A stretch of 64,000 nucleotides of DNA from a virus, in the IMG/VR virus record IMGVR_UViG_3300029455_000002, positions 1 through 64,000 of that record; one strand, given 5' to 3'. Positions 27,497 to 35,607 of this stretch are shown here, one piece after another. The notes under the pieces are model-generated. The model was not told the DNA's origin. It worked only from the letters and a program-made list of their open reading frames with translations, and made no database searches. Made by a program: the position numbers and the translations under genes. Numbering within the stretch: position 1 is the stretch's first letter; each line of letters starts with the position of its first letter.

Positions 27497-27797
27497 ACGC
27501 TTTGATGAACTTCGTAAGAATCGAGTTGAGGTAAGTTATCATAAATACGGACCCGCCAGAAAGAACTATAAAACCGGGAATGTACAGGCGCTTCCGTCCA
27601 TGGAACGATGCATTGAGAAATACAATTCCACCGGGAATACAGAATACCTTGTGGATGCGGCAAATTACCTTATGTTTGAGTTCATGTACCCACAACATCC
27701 TAAAGCGCACTTTAAAGCCACAGACAGCAAAGATAGCGCCGGGATAGTCGGGATTAGCGTGAAAGAAATGGAGGACTTGAAGAATGAGCAATACTAA
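27477..27797 (+). CDS. hypothetical protein (possibly MazG/DUF550-like)
   Basis: 106 aa. The HKYGPARKNY...EYLVDAANYLMFEF pattern is only suggestive. Confidence 0.3.
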   Translation: MSEEYSERFDELRKNRVEVSYHKYGPARKNYKTGNVQALPSMERCIEKYNSTGNTEYLVDAANYLMFEFMYPQHPKAHFKATDSKDSAGIVGISVKEMEDLKNEQY

Positions 27798-27993
27798 TTC
27801 TACAACTATTACGCACGCGATAGCCATTTTAAGGAACGAACTTATGACACACGGAGAAGTTTACAATGGTTTCAAAGCAAGCCTTAAAACAGCGATTGAG
27901 AAGTATTGCACCTGCGGTTTACCATTTGAGCCAGAAGACGAAACCGCCGGTAAGATTCTTGGTTTTATGATCGGAGAGGAACAGAAAGAATGA
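27784..27993 (+). CDS. hypothetical protein
   Basis: 69-aa ORF. Confidence 0.35.
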   Translation: MSNTNSTTITHAIAILRNELMTHGEVYNGFKASLKTAIEKYCTCGLPFEPEDETAGKILGFMIGEEQKE

Positions 27994-28166
27994 TTCTTGC
28001 AAAATTCGTAGCAGCCATGTTGGATATTGCATTTTTCACATTGGTTTTAGCAGTCCTTATGTCACAGGATGAAGCTGAAAAGAAAAGCAATCCAATAGCA
28101 TCGACAGTATTTATATTGATGGAAATTTGTTTCGCGGTTAATACAGTTGTGATTTTTAGGTTATAA
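27990..28166 (+). CDS. small membrane protein (58 aa)
   Basis: Translated by hand. Two hydrophobic segments. Confidence 0.3.
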   Translation: MILAKFVAAMLDIAFFTLVLAVLMSQDEAEKKSNPIASTVFILMEICFAVNTVVIFRL

Positions 28167-28474
28167 GGAGAGCCCAATGTGGTTAGCATTCACAATACAA
28201 ATTCCCCTGTTCACCATACTGATTGAACGGGTGAAAATACAAGAAAAGCAGAAGCCCGTCGTTCTCAGGTTTGGGAAAGCCTTTGAATCTGACAGGTCGA
28301 GGCATCCAGAGTAGCTTAGGTCTGCGTTGGTGAAACTCAATGGAGAATACAACTTTTCCCGCCCATTGCAAAGTAACTGGCGCGGACTTAACGATACAAA
28401 TATAGACATGATGCTTTCTAAAATCTTATAAAATATATCACTATCACTAGGCCGGGACTTTCCCGGTCAAGCAA

Positions 28475-28546
28475 TGGGCTATCGCCAAGCGGTAAGGCTC
28501 AGCACTTTGACTGCTGCATTCGCTGGTTCGAATCCCACTAGCCCAG
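28475..28546 (+). tRNA. tRNA-Gln (anticodon TTG) with an imperfect T-stem
   Basis: TGGGCTA-TC-GCCAAGCGGTAAGGC matches the bacterial tRNA-Gln 5' half. The anticodon loop is CTTTGAC. The T-stem GCTGG/CCCAC has 2 mismatches. Confidence 0.6.
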
Positions 28547-28592
28547 TCGGACTATATTGTTTAGCCATGATATAGTTCCCCTCCGAATTGGT

Positions 28593-28645
28593 TCCATCTA
28601 TCCCAACGGGGATGATTAAAGGGGCTTCAAATGCCCCGGATGGAT
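28593..28645 (+). ncRNA. 53-nt tRNA-like mini-structure (acceptor stem plus T-arm, no anticodon arm)
   Basis: TCCATCT pairs with GGATGGA. The T-arm is GGGGC-TTCAAAT-GCCCC. A small hairpin ATCCC-AACG-GGGAT sits inside. Confidence 0.25.
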
Positions 28646-28751
28646 TCTGCAGAACGCAGAAATCAACAGTCTCAATCCCTTTGTTGCGGCTGCGAGGGAA
28701 AGAACCGCAACAGCAGAGAGCCGTTCTTGAACTGCAACAGCCCTCTGCTCA

Positions 28752-28824
28752 GGAAACTTAGTTCAGCTGGCAGAACGGTCGGCTCATAACCGACAAGTCA
28801 CAGGTTCGAGTCCTGTAGTTTCCA
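28752..28824 (+). tRNA. tRNA with CAT anticodon (elongator Met or Ile2)
   Basis: Perfect cloverleaf: GGAAACT/AGTTTCC, D GTTC/GAAC, anticodon arm GTCGG-CTCATAA-CCGAC, T-arm ACAGG-TTCGAGT-CCTGT. Confidence 0.85.
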
Positions 28825-29134
28825 TTTCTTCCATATGCTGTCTATCCGTTTAATGGACAGAAAAAACTGCTGAATGAGTGTATGTGGATTATTTCCATGA
28901 AAGGTGTGTAACGGCACAGCCTGTTCGATGAAGATAATTCCCCGTTCGGCACAGTCTCCGAGTTAAATTGTCGTCAATATGTGCACGTTGAGGACAGGAA
29001 GTTTTCAAGAGACAAACACAGGAAGTATTTTCCAAAATCCGAAAACAACTCCGTGGGGCTGGCACGGCATAAAACAGCCTAGTGGAAAGCATAACACGAT
29101 AAACATATTGCTAACCCGGAGTTTCCGGGTTATG

Positions 29135-29206
29135 TGGAATGTGCAGCTAGTGGAAAGCTGATAGGGACGAGTAACCTAGTCTCCGGTTCGATTCCGGACG
29201 TTCCGC
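29135..29206 (+). tRNA. tRNA-like gene with an aberrant anticodon arm (pseudo-tRNA or non-canonical)
   Basis: The acceptor, D-arm (CAGC/GCTG) and T-arm (TCCGG-TTCGATT-CCGGA) fold well. The anticodon stem closes with a G:A mismatch, and the loop ACGAGTA lacks U33. Confidence 0.4.
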
Positions 29207-29324
29207 TTTAATCCGCTTAGAGTTAAGCTGTTTGCATACAAGTGGTCTATGTCTCAGGCGGATTTACGCTATGACAAAAGAGGTGAAATTCAGCCCAGAT
29301 AATGTCTGGCCGTTATAGGCGGTA

Positions 29325-29396
29325 CGGAATGTAGCTCAGTGGTAGAGCAATAGCCTTGTAAGCTATGTGTCGCAGGTTCGATTCCTACCTTTCCGA
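29325..29396 (+). tRNA. tRNA-Thr (anticodon TGT), slightly degenerate
   Basis: TA-GCTCAGTGGTAGAGC D-arm and ATAGC-CTTGTAA-GCTAT anticodon arm. One mismatch each in the acceptor stem and the T-stem. Confidence 0.6.
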
Positions 29397-29517
29397 TTCC
29401 AATGAATTGCAATCATTGGAATCTTTTTCTTTTACTTCGTGCGGTTCCAGTGTTTCTCGTTGGGAGATTTATGCCGTTCAAGTCGGCACACTGGACTTTT
29501 TTAAATTGAGGTTAATT

Positions 29518-29667
29518 ATGCAAAAAGAAAAGTGTTGTAAAACATGTAAGAAACATGACGATTTTACATGGGTATGTTTCAACGGCGACAGTGAACACTG
29601 CGCTGATTTTACGGAACCAGATTGTGTTTGCGAATTTTGGGAGGATGTAGAAAATGAAAATTCATGA
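29518..29667 (+). CDS. small Cys-rich protein
   Basis: ATG 29518. The longer track ORF (29365) would overlap tRNA-Thr. Confidence 0.4.
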   Translation: MQKEKCCKTCKKHDDFTWVCFNGDSEHCADFTEPDCVCEFWEDVENENS

Positions 29668-29929
29668 AGCAATATGTTTGAGAGATGACTATGGTGGAAA
29701 AACAACTCTTGATGACCTTGTAAAACGAATACAGGGAAACAAAATCCATAGATGCCCGAAATGCTATGGAGAAGGAATTGTTATAAAAATGATAAATCGT
29801 GCGCAATACTGGGAATGCCGCGACAGGTATGAAGAAACAAAAGTCACTTGTGATTTGTGCAACGGCGAAGGATATACCGAAAAAGAATATAAGCCTAAAA
29901 TGGTACAGGATGGATGGGAATGCAAATAG
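29654..29929 (+). CDS. DnaJ-type zinc-finger (CxxCxGxG) protein
   Basis: CPKCYGEG and CDLCNGEG motifs. Confidence 0.45.
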   Translation: MKIHEAICLRDDYGGKTTLDDLVKRIQGNKIHRCPKCYGEGIVIKMINRAQYWECRDRYEETKVTCDLCNGEGYTEKEYKPKMVQDGWECK

Positions 29930-30081
29930 CAGGAAAAGAAATTAAAGACGAGTGTTCCAGATGCGGTAATATCATTGAATGTGAATTATTTCGTCAAGGG
30001 CACGGGATACGACAGGAACGTGAGAACATAGCGAAGATGATTGAATGTCAGATGAAACACAGGGAGGAAAGAGAGAAATGA
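29920..30081 (+). CDS. small hypothetical protein (53 aa)
   Basis: Translated by hand. Overlaps the neighbouring genes. Confidence 0.3.
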   Translation: MQIAGKEIKDECSRCGNIIECELFRQGHGIRQERENIAKMIECQMKHREEREK

Positions 30082-30794
30082 ATGAACTGAAAGTATTGAA
30101 TGAGCAGGAAGTATTAGGAAAACAGTTTCGAGTATACGGAACGGCAGAGGAACCACTATTCTTAGCAAAAGATGTAGCGGAGTGGATTGAACACAGCAAG
30201 CCATCAGTAATGATTGAATCTGTAGATGAGGATGAGAAAGTCAAAGTAAATAATGTTTACTTTGAAAATAGAACCGGCGGGAATGGGACATGGTTCCTTA
30301 CCGAGAACGGACTCTACGAAGTCTTAATGCAGTCCAGAAAGCCGATTGCCAAACAGTTCAAGAAAGAAGTCAAAGAGATTCTGAAGACTATCCGTAAGCA
30401 TGGCATATATGCCACGGACAATGTCATTGATAATATTCTGAATAATCCAGATTTCGGCATCGAACTTCTGACCAAACTGAAAGAAGAACGTGCTGCGAGA
30501 GTGGAAGCCGAGAGAAAGAATGCTATTTTGATGCACGTAAATAAGACATATACTATTACTGAGATTGCAAAAGAACTGGGACTGAAATCAGCAATACAGC
30601 TAAATCGGATTCTGGCAGAGAAAAAGATACAGTATCAGGTAAATGGTACGTGGGTGATGTTCTCGCAGTATAGTAATTGCGGATATGAAGAAATCAAACA
30701 GGAAGTTCTGGACTCTGGGAAAGTGATCTACCATAGACGGATTACACAGATGGGACGGGAGTTTATTCTTGATTTATTTGAAAAGACGGCGTAA
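30078..30794 (+). CDS. antirepressor (Bro-N plus KilA-C/ANT-type C-terminal domain)
   Basis: FRVYGTAEEPLFLAKDVAEWIEHS...WFLTENGLYEVLMQSRKPIAKQFKKEV is a Bro-N pattern. Confidence 0.7.
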   Translation: MNELKVLNEQEVLGKQFRVYGTAEEPLFLAKDVAEWIEHSKPSVMIESVDEDEKVKVNNVYFENRTGGNGTWFLTENGLYEVLMQSRKPIAKQFKKEVKEILKTIRKHGIYATDNVIDNILNNPDFGIELLTKLKEERAARVEAERKNAILMHVNKTYTITEIAKELGLKSAIQLNRILAEKKIQYQVNGTWVMFSQYSNCGYEEIKQEVLDSGKVIYHRRITQMGREFILDLFEKTA

Positions 30795-30813
30795 TTAAAG
30801 AGGGGAGATTTCC

Positions 30814-31050
30814 ATGTTTAATAAATTTTTTAATCTATACATAAGATACAAGACCAAAAATCTCAAAGCAATTCCGTTGTTCGTAATGACATTTGACTGG
30901 AAGAAATTTCAGAAAGACGGTAAAAAGGATAGCTGTATATTAAACATACATCCAGATATTGCAAACGATCAATTTGTTAGAGAAAAACTGTCTGAATGCG
31001 TGAATTATATTCGCGATAACTACGATATGGAAATATTCACAAAAATTTAG
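30814..31050 (+). CDS. hypothetical protein
   Basis: 78-aa ORF. Confidence 0.35.
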   Translation: MFNKFFNLYIRYKTKNLKAIPLFVMTFDWKKFQKDGKKDSCILNIHPDIANDQFVREKLSECVNYIRDNYDMEIFTKI

Positions 31051-31064
31051 CGGGAGGGAACCAG

Positions 31065-31406
31065 ATGCAAATAGGAGATTTGGAAAAATGGAGCATAGAT
31101 CAACTCAAAATTGAAGTTGTTCGGCTGTCGACAGTGTGTGAGAAAAAACAGCATGAGATTTTACACAAAAATGAGAAAATCAACGAGCTTTATGCTGAAC
31201 TGGATAAAATGTTCGCTTATAACAATAAGTTAATAAGACAGGTGAACGAAAAGGCAGATACACCATTTTACGACGAATCTGTAGAAATCGCAAAATGTCA
31301 CAGACAGCATCAGGAGGATTGCATTACGATTAACCAGTTGCATACAGCGCTTGATGTTCTGATTGACCGATATGCGAATCTGAGAAAGATTCATGGACTG
31401 AGCTGA
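31065..31406 (+). CDS. hypothetical coiled-coil protein
   Basis: 113-aa ORF. Confidence 0.4.
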   Translation: MQIGDLEKWSIDQLKIEVVRLSTVCEKKQHEILHKNEKINELYAELDKMFAYNNKLIRQVNEKADTPFYDESVEIAKCHRQHQEDCITINQLHTALDVLIDRYANLRKIHGLS

Positions 31407-31648
31407 TGAGAATTATTTATACAGGCTCGGACATTGATTTTCTTGACACCACGTACAATCTTGAGGGAGAATGCCACCGAATGAACATTCCGACTAGGTT
31501 CTATCCAGACAGACACTTGCTTCTGGCAGGGAATACGACTGTAATATACAACCAAACGGGAAATCTTTCTAAAACATGGAAAGCAGATTACATCGGGGAC
31601 AATTATTTGACGATTTTGACATTGATCAGAAAGGACAACGGTAAATGA
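31406..31648 (+). CDS. hypothetical protein
   Basis: 80-aa ORF. Confidence 0.4.
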   Translation: MRIIYTGSDIDFLDTTYNLEGECHRMNIPTRFYPDRHLLLAGNTTVIYNQTGNLSKTWKADYIGDNYLTILTLIRKDNGK

Positions 31649-31878
31649 GTATCAAAACAGCACTTGAATCAGAGGGAGTAGACTTCTCCCAATATATGAA
31701 TCCTCCAGAGCCATGGGATGGAACAGCACAAATTAAAATGGAAAATGGCACAAAGTGGGTGATTTGCCCGTTTTGTGGAAAGAAAGCCTTAAAGATTTTC
31801 CCGACTACAAAAATTTATCGGATGCCGTATAAGTGCAAGGGAAGCAACTGTAAGAAAGAGTTTATGGTGAATGTATGA
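31645..31878 (+). CDS. zinc-ribbon protein
   Basis: CPFCGKK ... CKGSNCKKEF. Confidence 0.45.
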   Translation: MSIKTALESEGVDFSQYMNPPEPWDGTAQIKMENGTKWVICPFCGKKALKIFPTTKIYRMPYKCKGSNCKKEFMVNV

Positions 31879-31970
31879 ATAAAAAAAGAATCAAATGCTT
31901 TCTAACGGGCGGATGTAAAATCAAACGTTCAGATTTTGGCTTTGAATGGCCAGCGAAAGGAGAATAAATC

Positions 31971-32519
31971 ATGAAAAGCACATGGAAAGTATTATTAATT
32001 TCACTTGTAGGAGTTATAGCAATTGCAATATTCGGAATCTTTGGAGTGCAGAGTTTCCAGAATCATGCGATAGCATTGGAAGAGCAGGTGGAATCAGCAT
32101 CTTCGGATATCAAGATACAGGAGAAGCGTAGAGTTGATCTGGTATATAATCTTGCAGATTGTGTGAAGCAATACGATAAGCATGAAAGTGAAACATTAAA
32201 AGCTATTGTTTCCGGAAGAACTTCTGGTTCGAATGATATTGAGAATGTTACTACTGCAATTTCGGCTGTGAGTGAAGCGTACCCAGAGTTGAAATCTTCT
32301 GATAACTATAAGCAACTTATGACAGAACTTTCCTTGACAGAGAATCTTATTGCAGAATACAGGGAGAATTACAATAAATCAGTCAAAGCATATCGAAAAT
32401 ATGTGAAAGCATTTCCGCAGAGATCATTCTTAAATATGCTCGGATATGATAAAAAAGAATTTGAATTGCTTGATTTCGGCGCACCAGAATCGGCACCGCA
32501 GAACCTGTTTGAGGAATAG
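31971..32519 (+). CDS. lemA: LemA-family membrane protein
   Basis: N-terminal TM helix, then ...LEEQVESASSDIKIQEKRRVDLVYNL...YPELKSSDNYKQLMTEL...YNKSVKAYRKYVKAFPQ. Confidence 0.75.
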   Translation: MKSTWKVLLISLVGVIAIAIFGIFGVQSFQNHAIALEEQVESASSDIKIQEKRRVDLVYNLADCVKQYDKHESETLKAIVSGRTSGSNDIENVTTAISAVSEAYPELKSSDNYKQLMTELSLTENLIAEYRENYNKSVKAYRKYVKAFPQRSFLNMLGYDKKEFELLDFGAPESAPQNLFEE

Positions 32520-32523
32520 AGAT

Positions 32524-33270
32524 ATGAAGACGAAAAGAGGTTGGGATTTTGGAAGTTTTGAGGTTACTAAGAGAGAAATTATTGCTAGTATTTCAATCAT
32601 TGCAGTAATGCTTCTTATAGGAACAGTGATTTCTTCCAAAATATCTGACTGGCAGATAAATCAAAATGATAAATACAATAAAGCTGTAAAAATTCAATCC
32701 ACAGATTTGTTTCAGTATGGAATGGAGACTAACGTCGGTAATGCTTTTGTATATGGCGAATTAAAAGCTGTAGATACAGTTACTTACCCGGAAATTGGTG
32801 GCAAATACATATATGTTAAAAAAGTAAAGGAAAAATACACGCGACACACCAGAAGAGTAGCACATAAATCTGGAAAGAGAACTTATTATACCACAGAAAC
32901 GTATTGGACATGGGATTATGTAGGAAAAGAAAGTAAGAAAGCTAAAAAGATAAATTTCTGTGGAATTGATTTCAAAAGCAATAAAATTGTTCTTCCAGAT
33001 GACGAGTACATTGATACAGTAAAAGAGTCCAGTTATATCAGATACAAGTACTACGGAGTTGGAACGAAGTACAAAGGAACAATTTTTACGTCACTAAAAG
33101 ACAAAACAATCAGTGATAAGACTAAATTTTACAACAACCAAAATATCGAAGAAACAGTAAAACTCTTAGAAACCGGAGTATGGTTAATTTTATTTCGTGT
33201 TTTATGGGCTATCTTGACAGGAACGGTTGTTTTTGGATTTTATTACTTAGATAATGATTGGTTAGAATAA
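32524..33270 (+). CDS. membrane protein partnered with LemA
   Basis: ATG 32524, with TM segments at the N and C termini. Confidence 0.5.
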   Translation: MKTKRGWDFGSFEVTKREIIASISIIAVMLLIGTVISSKISDWQINQNDKYNKAVKIQSTDLFQYGMETNVGNAFVYGELKAVDTVTYPEIGGKYIYVKKVKEKYTRHTRRVAHKSGKRTYYTTETYWTWDYVGKESKKAKKINFCGIDFKSNKIVLPDDEYIDTVKESSYIRYKYYGVGTKYKGTIFTSLKDKTISDKTKFYNNQNIEETVKLLETGVWLILFRVLWAILTGTVVFGFYYLDNDWLE

Positions 33271-33289
33271 ACAGTCAAAGAGCCACATG

Positions 33290-33336
33290 AGAGCCAGACT
33301 AAATCCTAAGAAGAAAGGAGGTCTGGCTCTATTTTT
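33290..33336 (+). terminator. terminator-like hairpin that contains the terL Shine-Dalgarno sequence
   Basis: AGAGCCAGAC, a 21-nt loop and GTCTGGCTCT, followed by ATTTTT and then ATG 33337. AGGAGG lies at 33316-33321. Confidence 0.45.
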
Positions 33337-35073
33337 ATGCAAAAATTCACAGAAGGCTCGATTGAATGGTATCGGGCAATCCTAAATCAAATCATCAATG
33401 ACGATATGACGGTATATCAAAACCAGAAAGATTGCCTTGATCTGCTGTTAAATATGAATATTGATCTTCCTTTCAAGGATAATCCAGATGCACAGAACAT
33501 GGCAATGAAAGTCAGTCGGTACGCTCATAATAAAGCTGCGAAAAAGGCAGCAGTTACAGGAAGTGGTTCATTTGACGATTTGTACTGGCAGTATTTGTTG
33601 ATGGAATCACAGAACTATCAGGTTGACAGCGGACTTCTTTACCTTGAAAAGAACCGAATCCCGAAAGAACGATTCTACGAACCACGAAGAAATGTGTTCT
33701 TACAACATAACATCATAGGTTCACTACAAGACCTGATGGATGACAAATTAGATATATTTGCATTAAGCGTACCTCCGGGTTGTGGAAAGAGTACTCTGGA
33801 AGATTTCTTTTTATCATTGGTAGGTGGATGGTTCCCGAATGACTTTAACCTGTCTTCGGCACACAGTAGCATTCTGACACGTTCCCTTTATGATGGTGTT
33901 CTGGAAATTATCAATGATCCCGTGGAATACACGTGGCATGAGATATTCCCTAACGTAGGAATTCAGGGAACAAATGCAAAAGAAACGACAGTAAACCTTG
34001 AAAGAAATGGACGTTTTAAAACTTGGACGTTCCGTTCAATTGATGGTTCTCTGACTGGTGCGACCCGATGCAACCGATTCCTTACCGCCGATGACCTTGT
34101 GTCTGGTATTGAGGAAGCGTTGAACAAAAACCGATTAGATACCCTGTGGACAAAAGTAGTAAATGACTTACGTTCCCGTAGACTTGAAGGGTGCAAAGAG
34201 TTTTACATTGCTACCAGATGGTCAGTGCATGACCCTATCGGAAAGCTACAGCAGTTATACGCCGGGAACCCTAGAGCGAGGTTCATAGCAGTACCGGCAC
34301 TTGATGAGAATGGCAAAAGCAATTTTTTATTCACAGTAAATGGGTTCTCTGAGAAATATTTCAACGATGCTAAAGAGTCCATGGACGAAATCTCTTATAA
34401 CTGTCTTTACCAGCAACAACCGGTAGAACGTGAAGGATTATTGCTTCCGCCAGATAAGCTAAAAAGATTTTTCTTTGGCAAAGAAGACGTTCCCGATGGA
34501 TGCACGGACGAATACACAATTATACCAGACAGAGAAGCAGATGCGATATGGGCAGTATGCGATACAAAAGATAAAGGTACAGATTTTGAATCATTACCTA
34601 TTGCATATCAATATGGGGATAAATTTTTTATCCCGGACGTTGTTTTCGATGATACCACAGATTACGACATCCTGGACAGAAAGACTGCTGATATCTTGAT
34701 AAAACACAATCCGCATAAAATCAGATTCGAGTCAAATAACGTAGGAAATCGTGTTGCGCACAACATTCAAAAGATAATCTCAGGGAAATGCCGAGCGGAT
34801 ATCGAAACAAGACCTACGCAAGCAAATAAAGAAACAAAAATTCTTGTAAATTCTGATTACATATCAAAACATTTTTATTTTTTGCATCCAAGCCAGTATA
34901 AACCAAAATCCGACTACGGATTATTTATGGCAAATGTAACCACATATACCACAAGGGCAAAAGTAGCTCACGATGATGGCCCGGACAGCTTGGCAATGAT
35001 GGCAGAGTACGTGCAGAATCCATTAGGCGGAAAAGCAACTGCAATGCGCAATCCATTTTGGGGAAGGAGATAA
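33337..35073 (+). CDS. terL: terminase large subunit
   Basis: 578 aa with Walker A-like SVPPGCGKST and a nuclease-domain acidic pattern. It sits directly upstream of the portal. Confidence 0.85.
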   Translation: MQKFTEGSIEWYRAILNQIINDDMTVYQNQKDCLDLLLNMNIDLPFKDNPDAQNMAMKVSRYAHNKAAKKAAVTGSGSFDDLYWQYLLMESQNYQVDSGLLYLEKNRIPKERFYEPRRNVFLQHNIIGSLQDLMDDKLDIFALSVPPGCGKSTLEDFFLSLVGGWFPNDFNLSSAHSSILTRSLYDGVLEIINDPVEYTWHEIFPNVGIQGTNAKETTVNLERNGRFKTWTFRSIDGSLTGATRCNRFLTADDLVSGIEEALNKNRLDTLWTKVVNDLRSRRLEGCKEFYIATRWSVHDPIGKLQQLYAGNPRARFIAVPALDENGKSNFLFTVNGFSEKYFNDAKESMDEISYNCLYQQQPVEREGLLLPPDKLKRFFFGKEDVPDGCTDEYTIIPDREADAIWAVCDTKDKGTDFESLPIAYQYGDKFFIPDVVFDDTTDYDILDRKTADILIKHNPHKIRFESNNVGNRVAHNIQKIISGKCRADIETRPTQANKETKILVNSDYISKHFYFLHPSQYKPKSDYGLFMANVTTYTTRAKVAHDDGPDSLAMMAEYVQNPLGGKATAMRNPFWGRR

Positions 35074-35074
35074 T

Positions 35075-35494
35075 ATGACCACAAGAGAATATTTAGAACA
35101 AGTTCGTGATTATAAGAGAAAAATCGAAAACAAAATTTCTGAAGAATATCAGCTCAGAATGCTGGCTACAAGTTTATCTTCTTTTTCAACCGGAGAAAAA
35201 GTTCAAACATCCGGTACAAAAGATCATGTAGGCGATACAATCGTAAAGATTGCCGATCTGCAACAAGAAATTGCTAAAGATATTTCCGAAATGTCAGATA
35301 TTCAGCAGGAAGTATCAAGCACCATTAATAGCCTTGATAATTCTCTATATTCTCAGTTGCTGCACAAAAAATATGTGGAATACAAAAGTCTTGTTACAGT
35401 AGCTGACGAAATGGGATATTCAATTCAGCACATCCGTTCTTGCCATTTGAAAGCAATTGAATCAGTCAAAAAAGTAAAAGGATTCAAAAGATAG
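35075..35494 (+). CDS. DUF1492 / sigma-70 region-4-like phage transcriptional regulator (RinA/ArpU-type)
   Basis: REYLEQV...IVKIADLQQEI...QLLHKKYVEYKSLVTVADEMGYSIQHIRSCHLKAIESV matches the DUF1492 layout. Confidence 0.6.
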   Translation: MTTREYLEQVRDYKRKIENKISEEYQLRMLATSLSSFSTGEKVQTSGTKDHVGDTIVKIADLQQEIAKDISEMSDIQQEVSSTINSLDNSLYSQLLHKKYVEYKSLVTVADEMGYSIQHIRSCHLKAIESVKKVKGFKR

Positions 35495-35607
35495 TATGCA
35501 ATCATATGGAATCATATTGATAATATATTATATAATATAAGCTGTAAAATAAGCGCTGAGGTCGAACCTTGGTGCTTTTTTCATGCAGAAAAATAGGAGG
35601 ACAGGCA
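35495..35607 (+). promoter_or_regulatory. late regulatory cassette, copy A: conserved 24-mer, GGAATC-17-TATAAT, and a promoter-proximal terminator
   Basis: 24-mer at 35495-35518, GGAATC at 35508-35513, TATAAT at 35531-35536, and a hairpin at 35551-35578 plus a T-run. Homologous to 52571-52687. Confidence 0.5.

Noticed and set aside
28475-29396. A suppressor tRNA in the cluster that could decode the internal stops.
   Set aside because: The readable anticodons are TTG, CAT and TGT. None is TCA, CTA or TTA. The odd fourth gene has no clean anticodon.
29365-29517. An N-terminal extension of ORF 29365-29667.
   Set aside because: It would overlap tRNA-Thr (29325-29396). The internal ATG at 29518 has an RBS.
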